DNA of 64,000 nt, taken from contig ML992508.1 of the NCBI GenBank assembly GCA_010093995.1, forward strand, positions 344,506 through 408,505. The letters are read 5' to 3'. The notes below the pieces were generated by a model, which worked only from the letters and a program-made list of their open reading frames with translations, did no database searches and was not told the origin of the DNA. This DNA comes from Elsinoe ampelina (taxonomy: Eukaryota). A program made the translations under genes and the position numbers. Shown here piece after piece: positions 27,630 through 38,962 of the stretch; position 1 is the stretch's first letter; the number at the start of each line of letters is the position of its first letter.

Positions 27630-27771
27630 TATTATAACTAGCAAATCGGATCGAGAGATGTATATTTCATTTAGAGAGTTATAATAACCAATTTATCTAC
27701 TATGCGTGCGCTAACTTATTAGTACTAGTTCTTTAGTACTAGAGAAGCTGTACTAGCCTTCTATTACAACA
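27630..27771 (-). repeat. 5' LTR of copia element 1 (more RIPed)
   Basis: Same sequence as 20923-21064 with additional C>T/G>A changes. Confidence 0.92.
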
Positions 27772-27852
27772 CATGTAAGCTTAAAGATCGACATTAAACC
27801 TTAGTATATGCACGACTCTACCCCTACCTCTACTTTCTCTAGACGTCTCGTG

Positions 27853-28111
27853 TATTAACCTCGGCAAGAGCTATAGTGCTAAGAAGGACCCTAATTTAGT
27901 GCACCTAAGGTTAAACTAAGCACTTATTAACGGTTATACTAATTCATGATCAATTTAGACAGTTATTGTCTTATTCTGTTAAAGCTTAGGAGTTCTGTCA
28001 ATTTAGTTATCTCTTAGGTTATTAGGTTAAGTATTTATATAGTGAGAATCCACCTAATTTTAGTGGATTAGGCAGTAATAAATCTTCTCTCTCCCTATAT
28101 ATAAGTTAACA
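27853..28111 (+). repeat. 5' LTR of copia element 2
   Basis: Aligns over 259 bp with 32954-33212. Confidence 0.92.
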
Positions 28112-30742
28112 GTTATAAGCCTAGTATAACTACCCCTGCATAAGTATATTATTTAGTAGCTTCTCTACTCGATTTATTAGTTTAATCTCTATCATCTTGC
28201 TTTTTAAGCACTAGAATCTATTAAGTACTGCCTTATCTACTACTATAGGATTTAGGTGTTAATAAAGAGATAAACAACTATAGATACTAACACACTAATA
28301 GCTAGAACACCTATTATTCTTACTATATTAGCTAAATAGGCTAGCTAGCTATACATTATCAAGACAAGAGCATTAAACACTAAGATATAGAACCTTGTTA
28401 ATCCTTAATAGATTATTAAACTAGAAGGGCTCCCTAAGCCTTAGAGGCTAGATGTATTAGATCCTAACTTCTTAGCACTCTTCTAGATCTATAAGGAGGA
28501 GCAAGCTTAGCATAACAAATAGTATAAGGCCTTAGTAGATCTAGCTAGCCTTATTTAGTTATTAATTGCACTACAAGTTCTTATAGTTATCTAACTAGAG
28601 GAAGATCCCTATCTATAGGCTATCCTTAGAGCATTAAAGAACAGATTTATACTATCTAATGCTATAATTTAGCTTAAGGTTAAAGCTCTCTAGAGGAGAC
28701 AACTCTCTAGTCTATTATTACAGAACATGGACTATTAGCTTTAGCAATAGGAAGAGGTTATAGACAAGGCTAGGAATTATAACCTACTAGAAGCTTAAGG
28801 CTTAAGGCTATAGAGAGACTTCTTACTCTCTATCTTAAGGACTAAACTAGCATTTACTAACAAATATCTTATTAATCTAGATTTACTAACCCTACTATTA
28901 ATGCTCGAGTTAATTACTAAGTTTAGACAGTTTTACAAACTTTATAAGCTATATAGTAGCATAAAGGCTAGTAAGGGAGCAATAGCATTCCCTATAGCTA
29001 CTAAGGACTCCTTATAAGAGAAGCCTAGTTCTACTAGGGAGCCTAGATATATATACTAGAAGCAGTATAAGTAGAGTAAGTACTATTACTTAAATAAGTA
29101 TCTAAGGCTAGAAGGATAGTTACTAAACTAATAAACCCTTAAGGAGGTTAAGTAAAGGCTTAATAATAAGGCCTTAAGGGAGAAGGTTAAAGCTATCCTT
29201 ACTAAGGAGGCTTACCTTTATAAGGGGTTATCCCTACTAGTGCTAATTAACATAGCTATAACTGTTAGATTATACTTAGCATTTATCTTAGCTACTAGCA
29301 ACATCTTAAGTTTATAGATTCTAGATTCTAGAGCAACTAATTACATCTATAATTACACTATAAAGGACAGATATAAGGTTACTAGACTTATAGAACCTTA
29401 TAAGCAAATGTTCTATAGTAACACCTTACTTACTATTAAGAGTTAAAGATCGATTACTATTATAGCGATCTACAGGGGAAAGCTAGTAACTATCTAACTT
29501 ATATAGGTAGCTTATATGCTATTAATAATAACTAATCTAGTTAGCCTTAGGAGATTTCTAAAGGGTAGAGTCTACTAGAACACTTAAACTATAGAGATTA
29601 ATTATAAAGGGAGGGTACTCTTCTTAGTAACTCTAAAGCATAATTAATACATAGTAGAGAATAACTCTAAAGCTCCTTATGCTATTACTATAGCTATAGG
29701 AGGCACTAGAGATCCTTATCTATTAGTATTTACCTTAGTTATAATAAGAACTAATTAATCCTAGCATAAAGTTATAGGCTATCTAAGTATAGAGTCTATT
29801 AATCACCTCCTAACTACTATAGTTAGTAGTGAACTAACTTTAACTAAGTCTAACTTGTATTAACTAAGTTATCTTAGGTTACTATATTAGACTTATAAGC
29901 TATTAAATGCTTAGAAGCTTATCTTAAGGAGCTCTAACACTAAGATTGTTATAACTAAGCCCTTTAAAAGAATTACCTTTAACATTATTATTAATAGGTT
30001 TACTAGCTATAATAAGGTAAGGTATATAAGCTATTTTGCCTACAGGGCTACTAACTATTACCTTATAAGTAGTTATACTTATAGATATAAGATTAATAAA
30101 ATCTATATTAAGATAATTACCTATATTAAAAGCAATCTTAGCTTTAAGGTTAGATTTATTAGGAGTAACAATAAAGAGGCCTTTAGCCTTAGATTCACTA
30201 TCTTCCTAGATAGTAAAGGTATCTAAAGAGAGCTATCTGCTCTATACACTCTAGTACAGAATAGTTATAGTAAAAGGATAGGGTCTATACTATTAAGGAG
30301 AGTAAGGGTAGTAGCTATCTTTACTAATCTTCTAAGGGAACTACACCCTAAACTATATAGATTAGTAGCCTATCTAATAAATAGGACTCCACTTAAGAAG
30401 CTTAACTAGAAGACTCTCTTTAAGCTAGTTTATAGATGCCCTCTATTAATCTCCTATCTTAGGCCAATTAGATACAAGGCTTATACCCTAGATTATTATG
30501 TTATAAGTAGGGATAAGCTTACACTAAGAGCACACATTAGTTATCTAGTTAGATATAACTTAACTAACATATTTAGGATCTTTATACTAGCCTTAAAGAA
30601 GGTCATTAGAATAAGGGATGTTAGATTTAATAAGACTTAGTTCTACAAGCTAGAGGAGTAGCCTTAGCCTAGACTAATTAGACTACTTAATCTACTAAGA
30701 CTTCTACAGGAAGTTAATAAAGCTAAAGGGGTAGATAAAGTA

Positions 30743-30850
30743 CATCTAGTTTAGTATCTAGTTTAGCATCTAGTTTACTATCTAGTTTAGCATCTAGTTT
30801 AGCATCTAGTTTAGAATCTAGTTTAGAATCTAGCTTAGAATTCAGTTTAG
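30743..30850 (+). repeat. 12-bp tandem repeat (catctagtttag-like, ~9 units) in the integrase-RT linker of element 2
   Basis: Directly visible periodic units catctagtttag / tatctagtttag / aatctagtttag. Confidence 0.85.
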
Positions 30851-32953
30851 TAGATTCTAACTAAGGAACTAAATAATTATAGTTTATTATTATAGTTATA
30901 GGCTTAATAGGCTCTATTACCTCTACTAGATAATTATAGTCTACTATTATAGTTATAGACCCTAGAGCTAAACCCGGCTTAGATCTAGGAGGCTACATTA
31001 CTAGAGTAGTTCTATAATGCTCTAGCCTCTCTACCCTTAATAGCTGTATAGCCTTTACCTCTATCTAAAGCTAAAACTATAAGGAGTAAGGTAGAAGCCC
31101 TAGCTAAAGGGGTAACTAAGGAGCCTAAATAGCCTAGAAGAAGGATTGCTATAAGGTTAGCTAACCTATTGCCTAAGTATATCCTTACTATAAGAAGGAC
31201 TAGGAAACTAAGAAGGTAGGCCTACATTACTAGTCTTATATAGCCTTAGGAGGCTCCTAGATATCATTAAGCTTTTAATGCTTATCTATTAATAAAGCTA
31301 ATCTAGCTAAAGCTAGAACTAAGGGATAATCTACCTCTACTACTAGCTAACATTAGGGAGCTATAAGCTTATCCTTATAGGGAGCAATTCTAATAAATAA
31401 TAAAGGTAGAATTACTTACTCTCTATTTAAAAGATACTTAGACTATTATACTTATATCTTAAGCTATAGGGAAGCTAGTGCCACTAACCTAGGTCTTTAT
31501 ATATAAGACTAATAACAAAGGAGAAGTTATTAAACATAAGGCAAGGCTTTATATAAGAGGTAATCTTTAATCTATAGAGTTAGAGACTTATATAGCTATA
31601 TTAGCTACTAAGATTTTTAGAATGCTTATAGCCCTTCTTACTTATAAGGATATAGAGGCTATCTAGATAGATATTATTAATACTTATATTAATAGTCCTA
31701 TTAATAAGATAACCTACTACACTATCCTACCTAGATTTAAGCTTATACTAGAGATGCTTATAAAGGACTATCCTAGTATAGCATTATCTAATGTAATTCT
31801 CCTGCTAAAGAAGGCACTCTATAGCCTTAAATAAGCACTAGCTCTCTAGTATGTAGAATTTACTACTATACTAAAGAATCTTAGATTTACTTAGGCCCTT
31901 AAGGCTCTATGCCTCTAGCTAACCTCTAAGGTAATAATCTTCTTCTTTGTAGATGATATTACTATTATATACCTTAAGAAGTATAAGGGTAAGGCTAATG
32001 CTATTATTATAGCCCTATATGCTAAGTATAAGATAAAGATGCTTAGAGATCTAAGCTAGTTCCTAGCTATCTAGATTATAAGGGATAGGCTAACTAAGAA
32101 GCTGTAGCTTAGTTAAGCTTAGTATATCTAGTAGATGTATAGCAAGTTCATTATAGAACTAATAAGGCTAGTCTTATTACTACTGCTAGTTAAAATGCTC
32201 TAGCTCTCTAAAGGCTAAGTATTACTATAGGAGATCTATCTATATTAGTAGAAGATAGAATCTATCAATTTTGTAGCTGTTATTACTAGGCCTAATGTTG
32301 CCTTTGCTACTTCTAGATTGTTAGAGCATCTAATAAACCCTTTACTAACTTATTAAAGGATAGTAAATAGAGTTATCTAATATCTCTTTAAAACTAAGAA
32401 TCTAGCCCTTGCCTTTAATAGTTCTATACTACTACTAATCTTCTAAGCCTTATTAGATGCTAGCTTTAGAAGTTACCCTTTAAGGAAGAGCCTTTAGAGG
32501 TATCTATTTAAGCTATTCTAAGGCTCTATAGATTAGAAGGCTATAAAGCAGCCAACTATTACTACTTCTAGTATAGAGGCTAAACTACTTGCTCTTGTAG
32601 AGACTACTAAGCAAGCTATGTAGTAGAGGAGGCTAATAGCCTCTATCTATCCCCTAGAGCATGTTAGCATTTAGTGTAATAACTAGCAAACTATTAGCCT
32701 TATTACTAGTCCAATTAAGAAGCTTAACACACGTCTACGCTATATAGATATCTACTATCACTAGCTAAGGCAAGAGATTAATCTATCTAGCCCTATCTTA
32801 GTGACATAGACTCCCTTAGTAGACACCTTAGCTAATAGACTAACAAAGTTACTATCTCCTAGCAGGTATAAGGCCTTCTTATAATAGCTATCCCTCGAGT
32901 TAGTAGTCCACTAACTAGCTATAATAGACTTATAGCTATTTAGTAAAGGGGTG

Positions 32954-33212
32954 TGTTAACCTCGGCAAGAGCTATAGTGCCAAGAAGGACCCTAATTCAG
33001 TGCACCTAAGGTTGAACTAAGCACTTATCAACGGTTACACCAATTCATAATCAATTTAGACAGTTATTGTCTTATTCTGTTAAAGCTTAGGAGTTCTGTC
33101 AATTCAGTTATCTCTTAGGTTATTAGGTTGAGTATTTATATAGTGAGAATCCACCTAATTTTGGTGGATCAGGCAGTAATAAATCTTCTCTCTCCCCACA
33201 CACAAGTCAACA
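32954..33212 (+). repeat. 3' LTR of copia element 2 (weakly RIPed)
   Basis: Retains CA/TG dinucleotides lost in the 5' LTR. Confidence 0.92.
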
Positions 33213-33505
33213 TCGTGCTCCTTTGTTCCGCATTTACAGACTTATGGGAAGGTGTTCCTTTTCTGCATGTCACGAGTGTCAAATGCCGGAGCAATTAGAC
33301 TCCAAAGGTGGCTTGGCCGACTGCAGACGCCACATCACATCAGGGACATGATCTGCTCAGGTACCGATGACAGTCCCTCCGGTGGGGATACACTTCAAGG
33401 CATGTATTTGACCCTCTCTTCAATTCTCCATACAAACCTTCCCACAATCTCATATAAGACACAAACCACTCTCCCCATCCCCATATCCCCTCCACAACCG
33501 ACACC

Positions 33506-34504
33506 ATGCACATCCCCACCCTCCTCCTCCTCGGCCTCCAAGCCCTCCCCCTCACCCTCTCCGCCGCCATCAACAACCCACCTCCCAACTTCGCCGGCTA
33601 CCTCATCTCCACCTTCTCCGACCCCGTCCCAAAAGTCCACCAATACCTCTCCAACGCCAACAACCCCCTCTCCTACACCAAGCTCAACGGCGGCGACCCC
33701 GTCCTCGCCTCCACCGTCGGCACCCAAGCCGTCCGCGACATCTACCTCGCCCCCAACGGCGACAGGTCCAAATGGTTCCTCTTCGCCACCGACCTGGACA
33801 TCAACGCGCCGGGCTTCTCCTGGCCATGGGCCGTCACGAACGGGAGCCGGAGCATCGTGGTGTGGGAGTCGTCTGATCTGGTCACCTGGACGGAACCACG
33901 CCTGCAGCCCCTCGAGGACGCCCGCGCGGGGATGGTGTGGGCGCCATCGGCTGTTTGGGATGCTGTGGAGGGACAGTTCTACGTCTTCTGGGCGTCGAGA
34001 CTGTTCGCTGCTGAGGACGAGAACCATACTGGTCCTGCGACGTTGAATCGGATTCGGTATGCGACGACAAAGGATTTTAGGGGCTTCTCGGAGGCGAGGG
34101 ATTACATCGCTTTTGAAGATACGGGGGTCATTGATCAGGAGTTCCAGTACCTTGGTAGGCCTGGGCATTTTGCACGTTTCGTCAAGAATGAGACGTTGTT
34201 GCAGGTGTATCAGGAGGTGAGCACGACGGGGCTGTTCGGGCAGTGGGAGAGGTTGCCGGGGTATGTGAGTGCGAGGAGTCCGTTGGAGGGGCCGGCGAGT
34301 TTCAGGGATAATGTGGATCCAAACCTGTATCATTTGTTGTTGGATGATTATACGCAGTATCTACCTTCCCAGAGCAGCGACATCGGGAGTGGGGAGTGGG
34401 CTGAGACGAGCTTGGATGAGTGGCCCAGGGGTTTGAAGCATGGTGTTGTGACGCCTTTGACGACAGCGGAGTACGATATGGTAGCGGCAAAGTGGAAGAG
34501 GTAG
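33506..34504 (+). CDS. Secreted glycoside hydrolase family 43 protein (different subfamily from the left gene)
   Basis: Signal peptide, then [66 protein letters not shown] and KHGVV. Confidence 0.87.
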   Translation: MHIPTLLLLGLQALPLTLSAAINNPPPNFAGYLISTFSDPVPKVHQYLSNANNPLSYTKLNGGDPVLASTVGTQAVRDIYLAPNGDRSKWFLFATDLDINAPGFSWPWAVTNGSRSIVVWESSDLVTWTEPRLQPLEDARAGMVWAPSAVWDAVEGQFYVFWASRLFAAEDENHTGPATLNRIRYATTKDFRGFSEARDYIAFEDTGVIDQEFQYLGRPGHFARFVKNETLLQVYQEVSTTGLFGQWERLPGYVSARSPLEGPASFRDNVDPNLYHLLLDDYTQYLPSQSSDIGSGEWAETSLDEWPRGLKHGVVTPLTTAEYDMVAAKWKR

Positions 34505-34564
34505 ATGGGTAATCTCGGAATGAACTTGACATTACGATTTCTTCCCCAATGACCAATGCTATGC

Positions 34565-36195
34565 TTATATCTCATTAAAACCATACGAACATCCCACGCC
34601 ACTATTAAACCCATCATAAGCCGCTGCGCCCAACTTCGTCTGGTTATCTTAGTACACGATGCACTGCCAGATCGTACTTGACGTTCGCCAGACGTTCCAC
34701 TGCGCCGCGTATTGACTGTTCGACCACCTGATGGCCGCACTGGCACAAGCTGTCGCCGCAGCCTGCGCGGGAGATGCGGAGCCGAAAGTCGTCTGTGTCT
34801 TTGTTCTCACCCCACTAGCGGTCGTGTGTAGACCTGCGAAGACGGGGGTTATAGCTAATAGTAACAATAGAAGATCCGGCGGCGGCATAACTGGCTGCTA
34901 TTATCGTTGCAGACACCTGCCCTACGCATTGATTGCTCGTGGTTGTAATCATCGCTGTTGTCGTTGTGGTTGTTGTCGTCGTCGTTGTTGTTGTTGTAGA
35001 GGTCGTAGTACTAGTTGTTGTGGTAGTGTCAGACGTAGTCGTTGTCGTCGTGGTTGTCGTAGTGTCGGATGTAGTCGTTGTGGTAGTTGGCTTTGTCGCT
35101 GTATTAGTAGCATCTGTTGTAGTTGTACTTGTTGTTGTAAAGTCGCTGGTAGTGCTTGTTGTGGTCGTTGGATCTATCGTAGTTGTGGTACTTGTCGTGC
35201 TAGTATTAGGGACCGAAGTTGTTGTAGAAGTCGTGCTCGTGGATGCTGCTTCCGAAGTAGTTGTACTCGCTATTGTTGTCGCTATTGAAGCGGTGGTAGT
35301 TGTGCTAGTGCTCAACGTGGGGCTCGGAAGAGCCATGGTAGTGGTGGTACTGGTTATTGTGCTGGTGCTTGTTGTGATTGTTGTAGTGCTCGTGGTGGTA
35401 GGGGTAAATGTCGTAGTAGTACTCGTCGTTGTAGCAAATTGGGCCGAAGTGGTTGTTATTGTCGTTGTCTTACTGGATGGGGCAGTGAACGGCTTGCTTG
35501 TAGATGTGCGTCCTAGCACGAATGTCAGCAAGATGGTGACCTCACACAAGGCTCTACTTGCCTGTACTTGTCCGAGAGGTGGTCTTGGATGTCAACGAGG
35601 AACTTTTGCTAGGGCTAAGCAGGCACTTGCAGCCCCTTGCAACCTCGACTGCCGCCAGGCCCAGGGACCGGTGAAAATGACCGGGCACCGCACTCTGTTA
35701 ACACATGTGGCTTTGGAGAGCAATGAACATGACTTGCGCCATAGAACTGGCAGAACTTCAAAGTATTCTGTACTCATCCTCGAGAGCACCCGCACTCGTT
35801 GGATTGCATTTGATTACTCTGTTCTGTACAGGCGCCGTGGACTTTGGTGGCTTTGCACCGGCTTGCTTCAAGACGCAAGCACATGCGCGAGTGAGGACTT
35901 TGGCATCCAACGATGAGAATGGAGATCGCTCTCGGGGCCTGTAGACAGTTCGGGTATGGTCACTCTTCGAGCAGCGCAGCTTACTTACGCAATGAGGAAG
36001 TATTTGCAAAACGCTACGGGATGCTGTGCATTGTCTTTGATGAGCACTATCTGGGACTGCAAGTTCCGACAAGCTACTAGCGCATCAGACGATGTCAACA
36101 TATCTTCATATTCGACATACTTTTCACTGTAGGGTTGAGATTGACGGCGGTCGCAGTGACGAGTAATTCGAGAAGCCAGAGTAGAACAATCTCAG
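34565..36195 (-). pseudogene. Disrupted gene for a secreted Cys-rich / Thr-rich (mucin-like) protein
   Basis: Spliced reconstruction gives a signal-like IVLLWLLELLVTATA with no ATG and two related Cys motifs (FCKYFL..R.RSPF..L....LTRACAC and FCQFYG..RSFSPVPGL....VARGCKC). A ~200-aa Thr tract and a C-terminal Cys domain follow. Lesions are frameshifts near 35768, 35661 and 34845 and an in-frame TAA at 34649. Confidence 0.7.
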
Positions 36196-36437
36196 TAACA
36201 AAGACTCCTTTGCCAGTTGGGTTGACCGTTGTATCGGTGAGGGGTGATCGCAGGAGACTGGCTTTGTAGGTCACGGATGGATTGAAGCAATTCGATAAAT
36301 CGTCCTCAATGGACTACCTACCTGCGCCATGAGCATATACGTTGATACTTTAGACTGATATGTTTGTGAAGATGGCAGTCCAACGCCAGCTGCGCCCGGT
36401 CATGACGAGATCCAAATTTGTGAATCATGTCGTCTCT

Positions 36438-36527
36438 CAGAACGACCAGAATGACCAGAATGACCAGAATGACCAGAATGACCAGAATGACCAGAATGAC
36501 CAGAATGACCAGAATGACCAGAATGAA
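36438..36527. repeat. 9-bp minisatellite (CAGAATGAC)x10
   Basis: Ten tandem units; only the first and last are imperfect. Confidence 0.97.
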
Positions 36528-37029
36528 AGGTTTATGGTGCCAGCTGCGGCGAAGGTACGACAGGGAGAATACAGTAATAAGAACTGACGGTTCGATGGCC
36601 AGCTATGAAGTTCAGAAGGGAAGCTTACTGTAAGTTGAGAAGGGCTTATCTTGCCAAGGCCGATGATAGCGGCTTGCCGGACACCATTAACTACAGTAAG
36701 TTAATCAAAGACCCCCGCAATCGGGTCAATTCAAGCCAATAAAGGGTCGAGAGCCCCGCGGCGATGCTCGGGGCATTTTTCTGGTCTTGACCACCAACGT
36801 CACTGGACATTTCAGACATGCCGCACAAAGGCATCATCGGGGATAAGCAAGGAACAGGAAGGTCGGCGGCTGCCCCACGCACTTTGCAGCATGCTTTGCA
36901 CATCTGTGAAGTATATTGCTTGACCGTCATGTCTAACTTTTTCACTCCAGGCAGATAAGTAGTGCTTTCCCACTTCAATCCCTCTCATCTCTGCGTCTGT
37001 CCTTTCTGGTCCTGTTCGGTATCGCAGCC

Positions 37030-38775
37030 ATGGTCTTGTTCTCAAGTGGTCGAGTGACTGCACTCGCGTGTCTCCCCTTGTTCGTCAGCAACGTGCTCTC
37101 GGGGCCACTCGACCATGTGGCCTGGCACACCGGCAGGAATGCCACAACATATGGCCGACAGGGTGCTGTGTCGTCCGAGACCGCATTGTGCTCGCAATTG
37201 GGAGCGAAGATCCTGCGAATAGGAGGGAATGCGGCCGATGCCATGGTAGCCAGTGTCTTCTGCACAGGCGTGGTTGGCATGTATCACAGCGGTATAGGAG
37301 GAGGAGGATTCGCAGTTGTCCGCGCCTCCAATGGTACCTACGAGTTCATCGACTTTCGAGAGGCAGCTCCTCTGGCAACGAACGAGACTATCTACGTCGG
37401 GAACGAGCAGGGGAGTCTGACGGGTGGTCTGGCCAGTGGTGTTCCTGGCGAAGTGCGCGGCTTGGAGTACATCCATGACAAGTACGGACGATTGCCGTGG
37501 AAAGACGTGGTTACGCCAGCCGTCAAAGTTGCAAGATACGGCTTTCCAGTCACGGAAGACCTGCTGAGCTATATCGCATCTGCCACAACTGGATCTTCTG
37601 GCAATTTCCTGGTCAATGACCCAAGCTGGGCACTCGACTTTGCCCCGAACGGCACCGTTCTGGGCCTCGGTGAGACTCTCACGCGCAAGAGATACGCCGA
37701 CACACTCGAAACAATCGCAGAAAAGGGAGCAGACGCCTTCTACTCCGGAGCAATCGCCCGCACCCTCATCCGCGCTCTTCGCGCCAGCAACGGCACCATG
37801 ACCGAAGCCGACCTAGCCAACTACACCATCAAATCTCGCACCCCAGCCAAGATCACATACCGCAACTACACCCTCCACTCCTCCTCGGCCCCCGCATCCG
37901 GCACCATCGCCCTCTCCGCCCTCAAGATCCTCGAAGGCTACACCGACGCCGGCCTCCCCTCGGCCATCAACCTCACCACTCACCGCCTAACCGAAGCCTT
38001 CCGCTTCGCCTACGGCCAACGCACCCTCTTCGGCGACCCCCTCATCATCCCCTCCATGGACACCTACCAAACCTCCATCCTCTCCGACCCCGTAACCTCC
38101 GCAATCCGCTCCCGCATCTCCGACGCCCGCACCCAAAACGTCTCGTACTACGACCCCGCCGGCCTCGAAATCCTCGACACACCAGGCACCTCACACCTCG
38201 TGACCGCCGACTCGTCGGGCCTAGCCCTCAGCCTCACCACCACCGTCAACCTGCTCTTCGGCAGCAAACTCCTGATCCCGGAGACCGGCATCGTCATGAA
38301 CAACGAGATGAACGACTTCTCCATCCCCGGCGTGCGCAACGCCTTCGGCTTCGAGCCCAGTCCGAATAACTACGTCCGTCCCGGCGCCAGGCCGGTGAGT
38401 TCCATCTCGCCCATCATCGCCGAGGACGCGAATGGGGATCTGGTCTTCCTCACTGGCGCCGCGGGCGGGAGCAGGATCATCACCGCGTCGGCGTTGCAGG
38501 TGTGGAATGTGCTGGACAGGGGCATGACGGCGCAGGAGGCGTTGGCTGAGAAGAGGTTGCATGATCAGTTGGTGCCGGATCAGACGAGTATGGAGGAGGG
38601 GTATGATGCGGGGGTTGTCGAGTTCATGAGGGGGAGAGGGCATAATGTGAGTATTCCCGGTACGGCGGGGACGAGTTCCGCGCAGAGTATTAGGGTGGAT
38701 AGGACGAGGGGGATGGCGTTGTTTGAGGTGGGAAGTGAGCCGAGACAGGCGAATAGTGGGGGTTTTGTGGTGTGA
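37030..38775 (+). CDS. Gamma-glutamyltranspeptidase (glutathione hydrolase), secretory
   Basis: GGNAADA, HSGIGGGGF, IDFREAAP, GVPGEVRGL, catalytic GTSHL, TTTVNLLFGS, NNEMNDFS, RPVSSISP, GAAGGSRI and RLHDQL. Confidence 0.95.
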   Translation: MVLFSSGRVTALACLPLFVSNVLSGPLDHVAWHTGRNATTYGRQGAVSSETALCSQLGAKILRIGGNAADAMVASVFCTGVVGMYHSGIGGGGFAVVRASNGTYEFIDFREAAPLATNETIYVGNEQGSLTGGLASGVPGEVRGLEYIHDKYGRLPWKDVVTPAVKVARYGFPVTEDLLSYIASATTGSSGNFLVNDPSWALDFAPNGTVLGLGETLTRKRYADTLETIAEKGADAFYSGAIARTLIRALRASNGTMTEADLANYTIKSRTPAKITYRNYTLHSSSAPASGTIALSALKILEGYTDAGLPSAINLTTHRLTEAFRFAYGQRTLFGDPLIIPSMDTYQTSILSDPVTSAIRSRISDARTQNVSYYDPAGLEILDTPGTSHLVTADSSGLALSLTTTVNLLFGSKLLIPETGIVMNNEMNDFSIPGVRNAFGFEPSPNNYVRPGARPVSSISPIIAEDANGDLVFLTGAAGGSRIITASALQVWNVLDRGMTAQEALAEKRLHDQLVPDQTSMEEGYDAGVVEFMRGRGHNVSIPGTAGTSSAQSIRVDRTRGMALFEVGSEPRQANSGGFVV

Positions 38776-38962
38776 AAGCGTGGTAGTATCAATCAATTCA
38801 TCTCATGATCAGAGGTTAGAATGTCTTGGTTTTATGATTTTCGTATTCTCGATTGGGTATTATTGTACAAGAATGCTTCGCCGTCTCCAGGCCTCTGTTG
38901 CCTGATTGTGATCTATCAAAACATCCATCGTCTTTCGCCTGGCATCACCGCATGGCTACCAA

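Larger units (their letters stand above)
20923..27771 (-). mobile_element. Ty1/copia LTR retrotransposon 1, full length, RIP-inactivated
   Basis: 142-bp LTRs at 20923-21064 and 27630-27771 with TG..CA-type ends; TSD CATGT at 20918-20922 and 27772-27776. PBS GGTTATAAGCCCGGCGC (RIP-altered GGTTATGAGCCC type) next to the 5' LTR, and PPT AGAGGGGGAG before the 3' LTR. Degenerate RT (VLVYV[D][D]F, ~23790-23812) and RNase H (R.KHID.R.H, LADVLTK, ~22900-23030) in copia order. Extreme TpA excess. Confidence 0.93.
27853..33212 (+). mobile_element. Ty1/copia LTR retrotransposon 2 (different family), full length, RIP-inactivated
   Basis: 259-bp LTRs at 27853-28111 and 32954-33212; TSD TCGTG at 27848-27852 and 33213-33217. 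PBS-like GTTATAAGCCTAG after the 5' LTR and PPT AAAGGGGTG before the 3' LTR. Remnants of protease (ILDS.A..HI, ~29320), integrase (SA.YT..QN, ~30235), RT (LKKALY.L, FFVDDI, ~31805-31960) and RNase H. Confidence 0.93.

Noticed and set aside
30743..30850. CRISPR-like array
   Set aside because: Contiguous 12-bp units with no spacers, inside a fungal retrotransposon.
34933..35916. 327-aa poly-Val ORF
   Set aside because: Antisense of the Thr-rich tract (ACN codons read as Val-rich on the other strand).
36360..36633. QND- or RMT-repeat peptide precursor ORFs
   Set aside because: Short, no signal peptide or dibasic cleavage sites; they are explained by a 9-bp minisatellite that is open in several frames.
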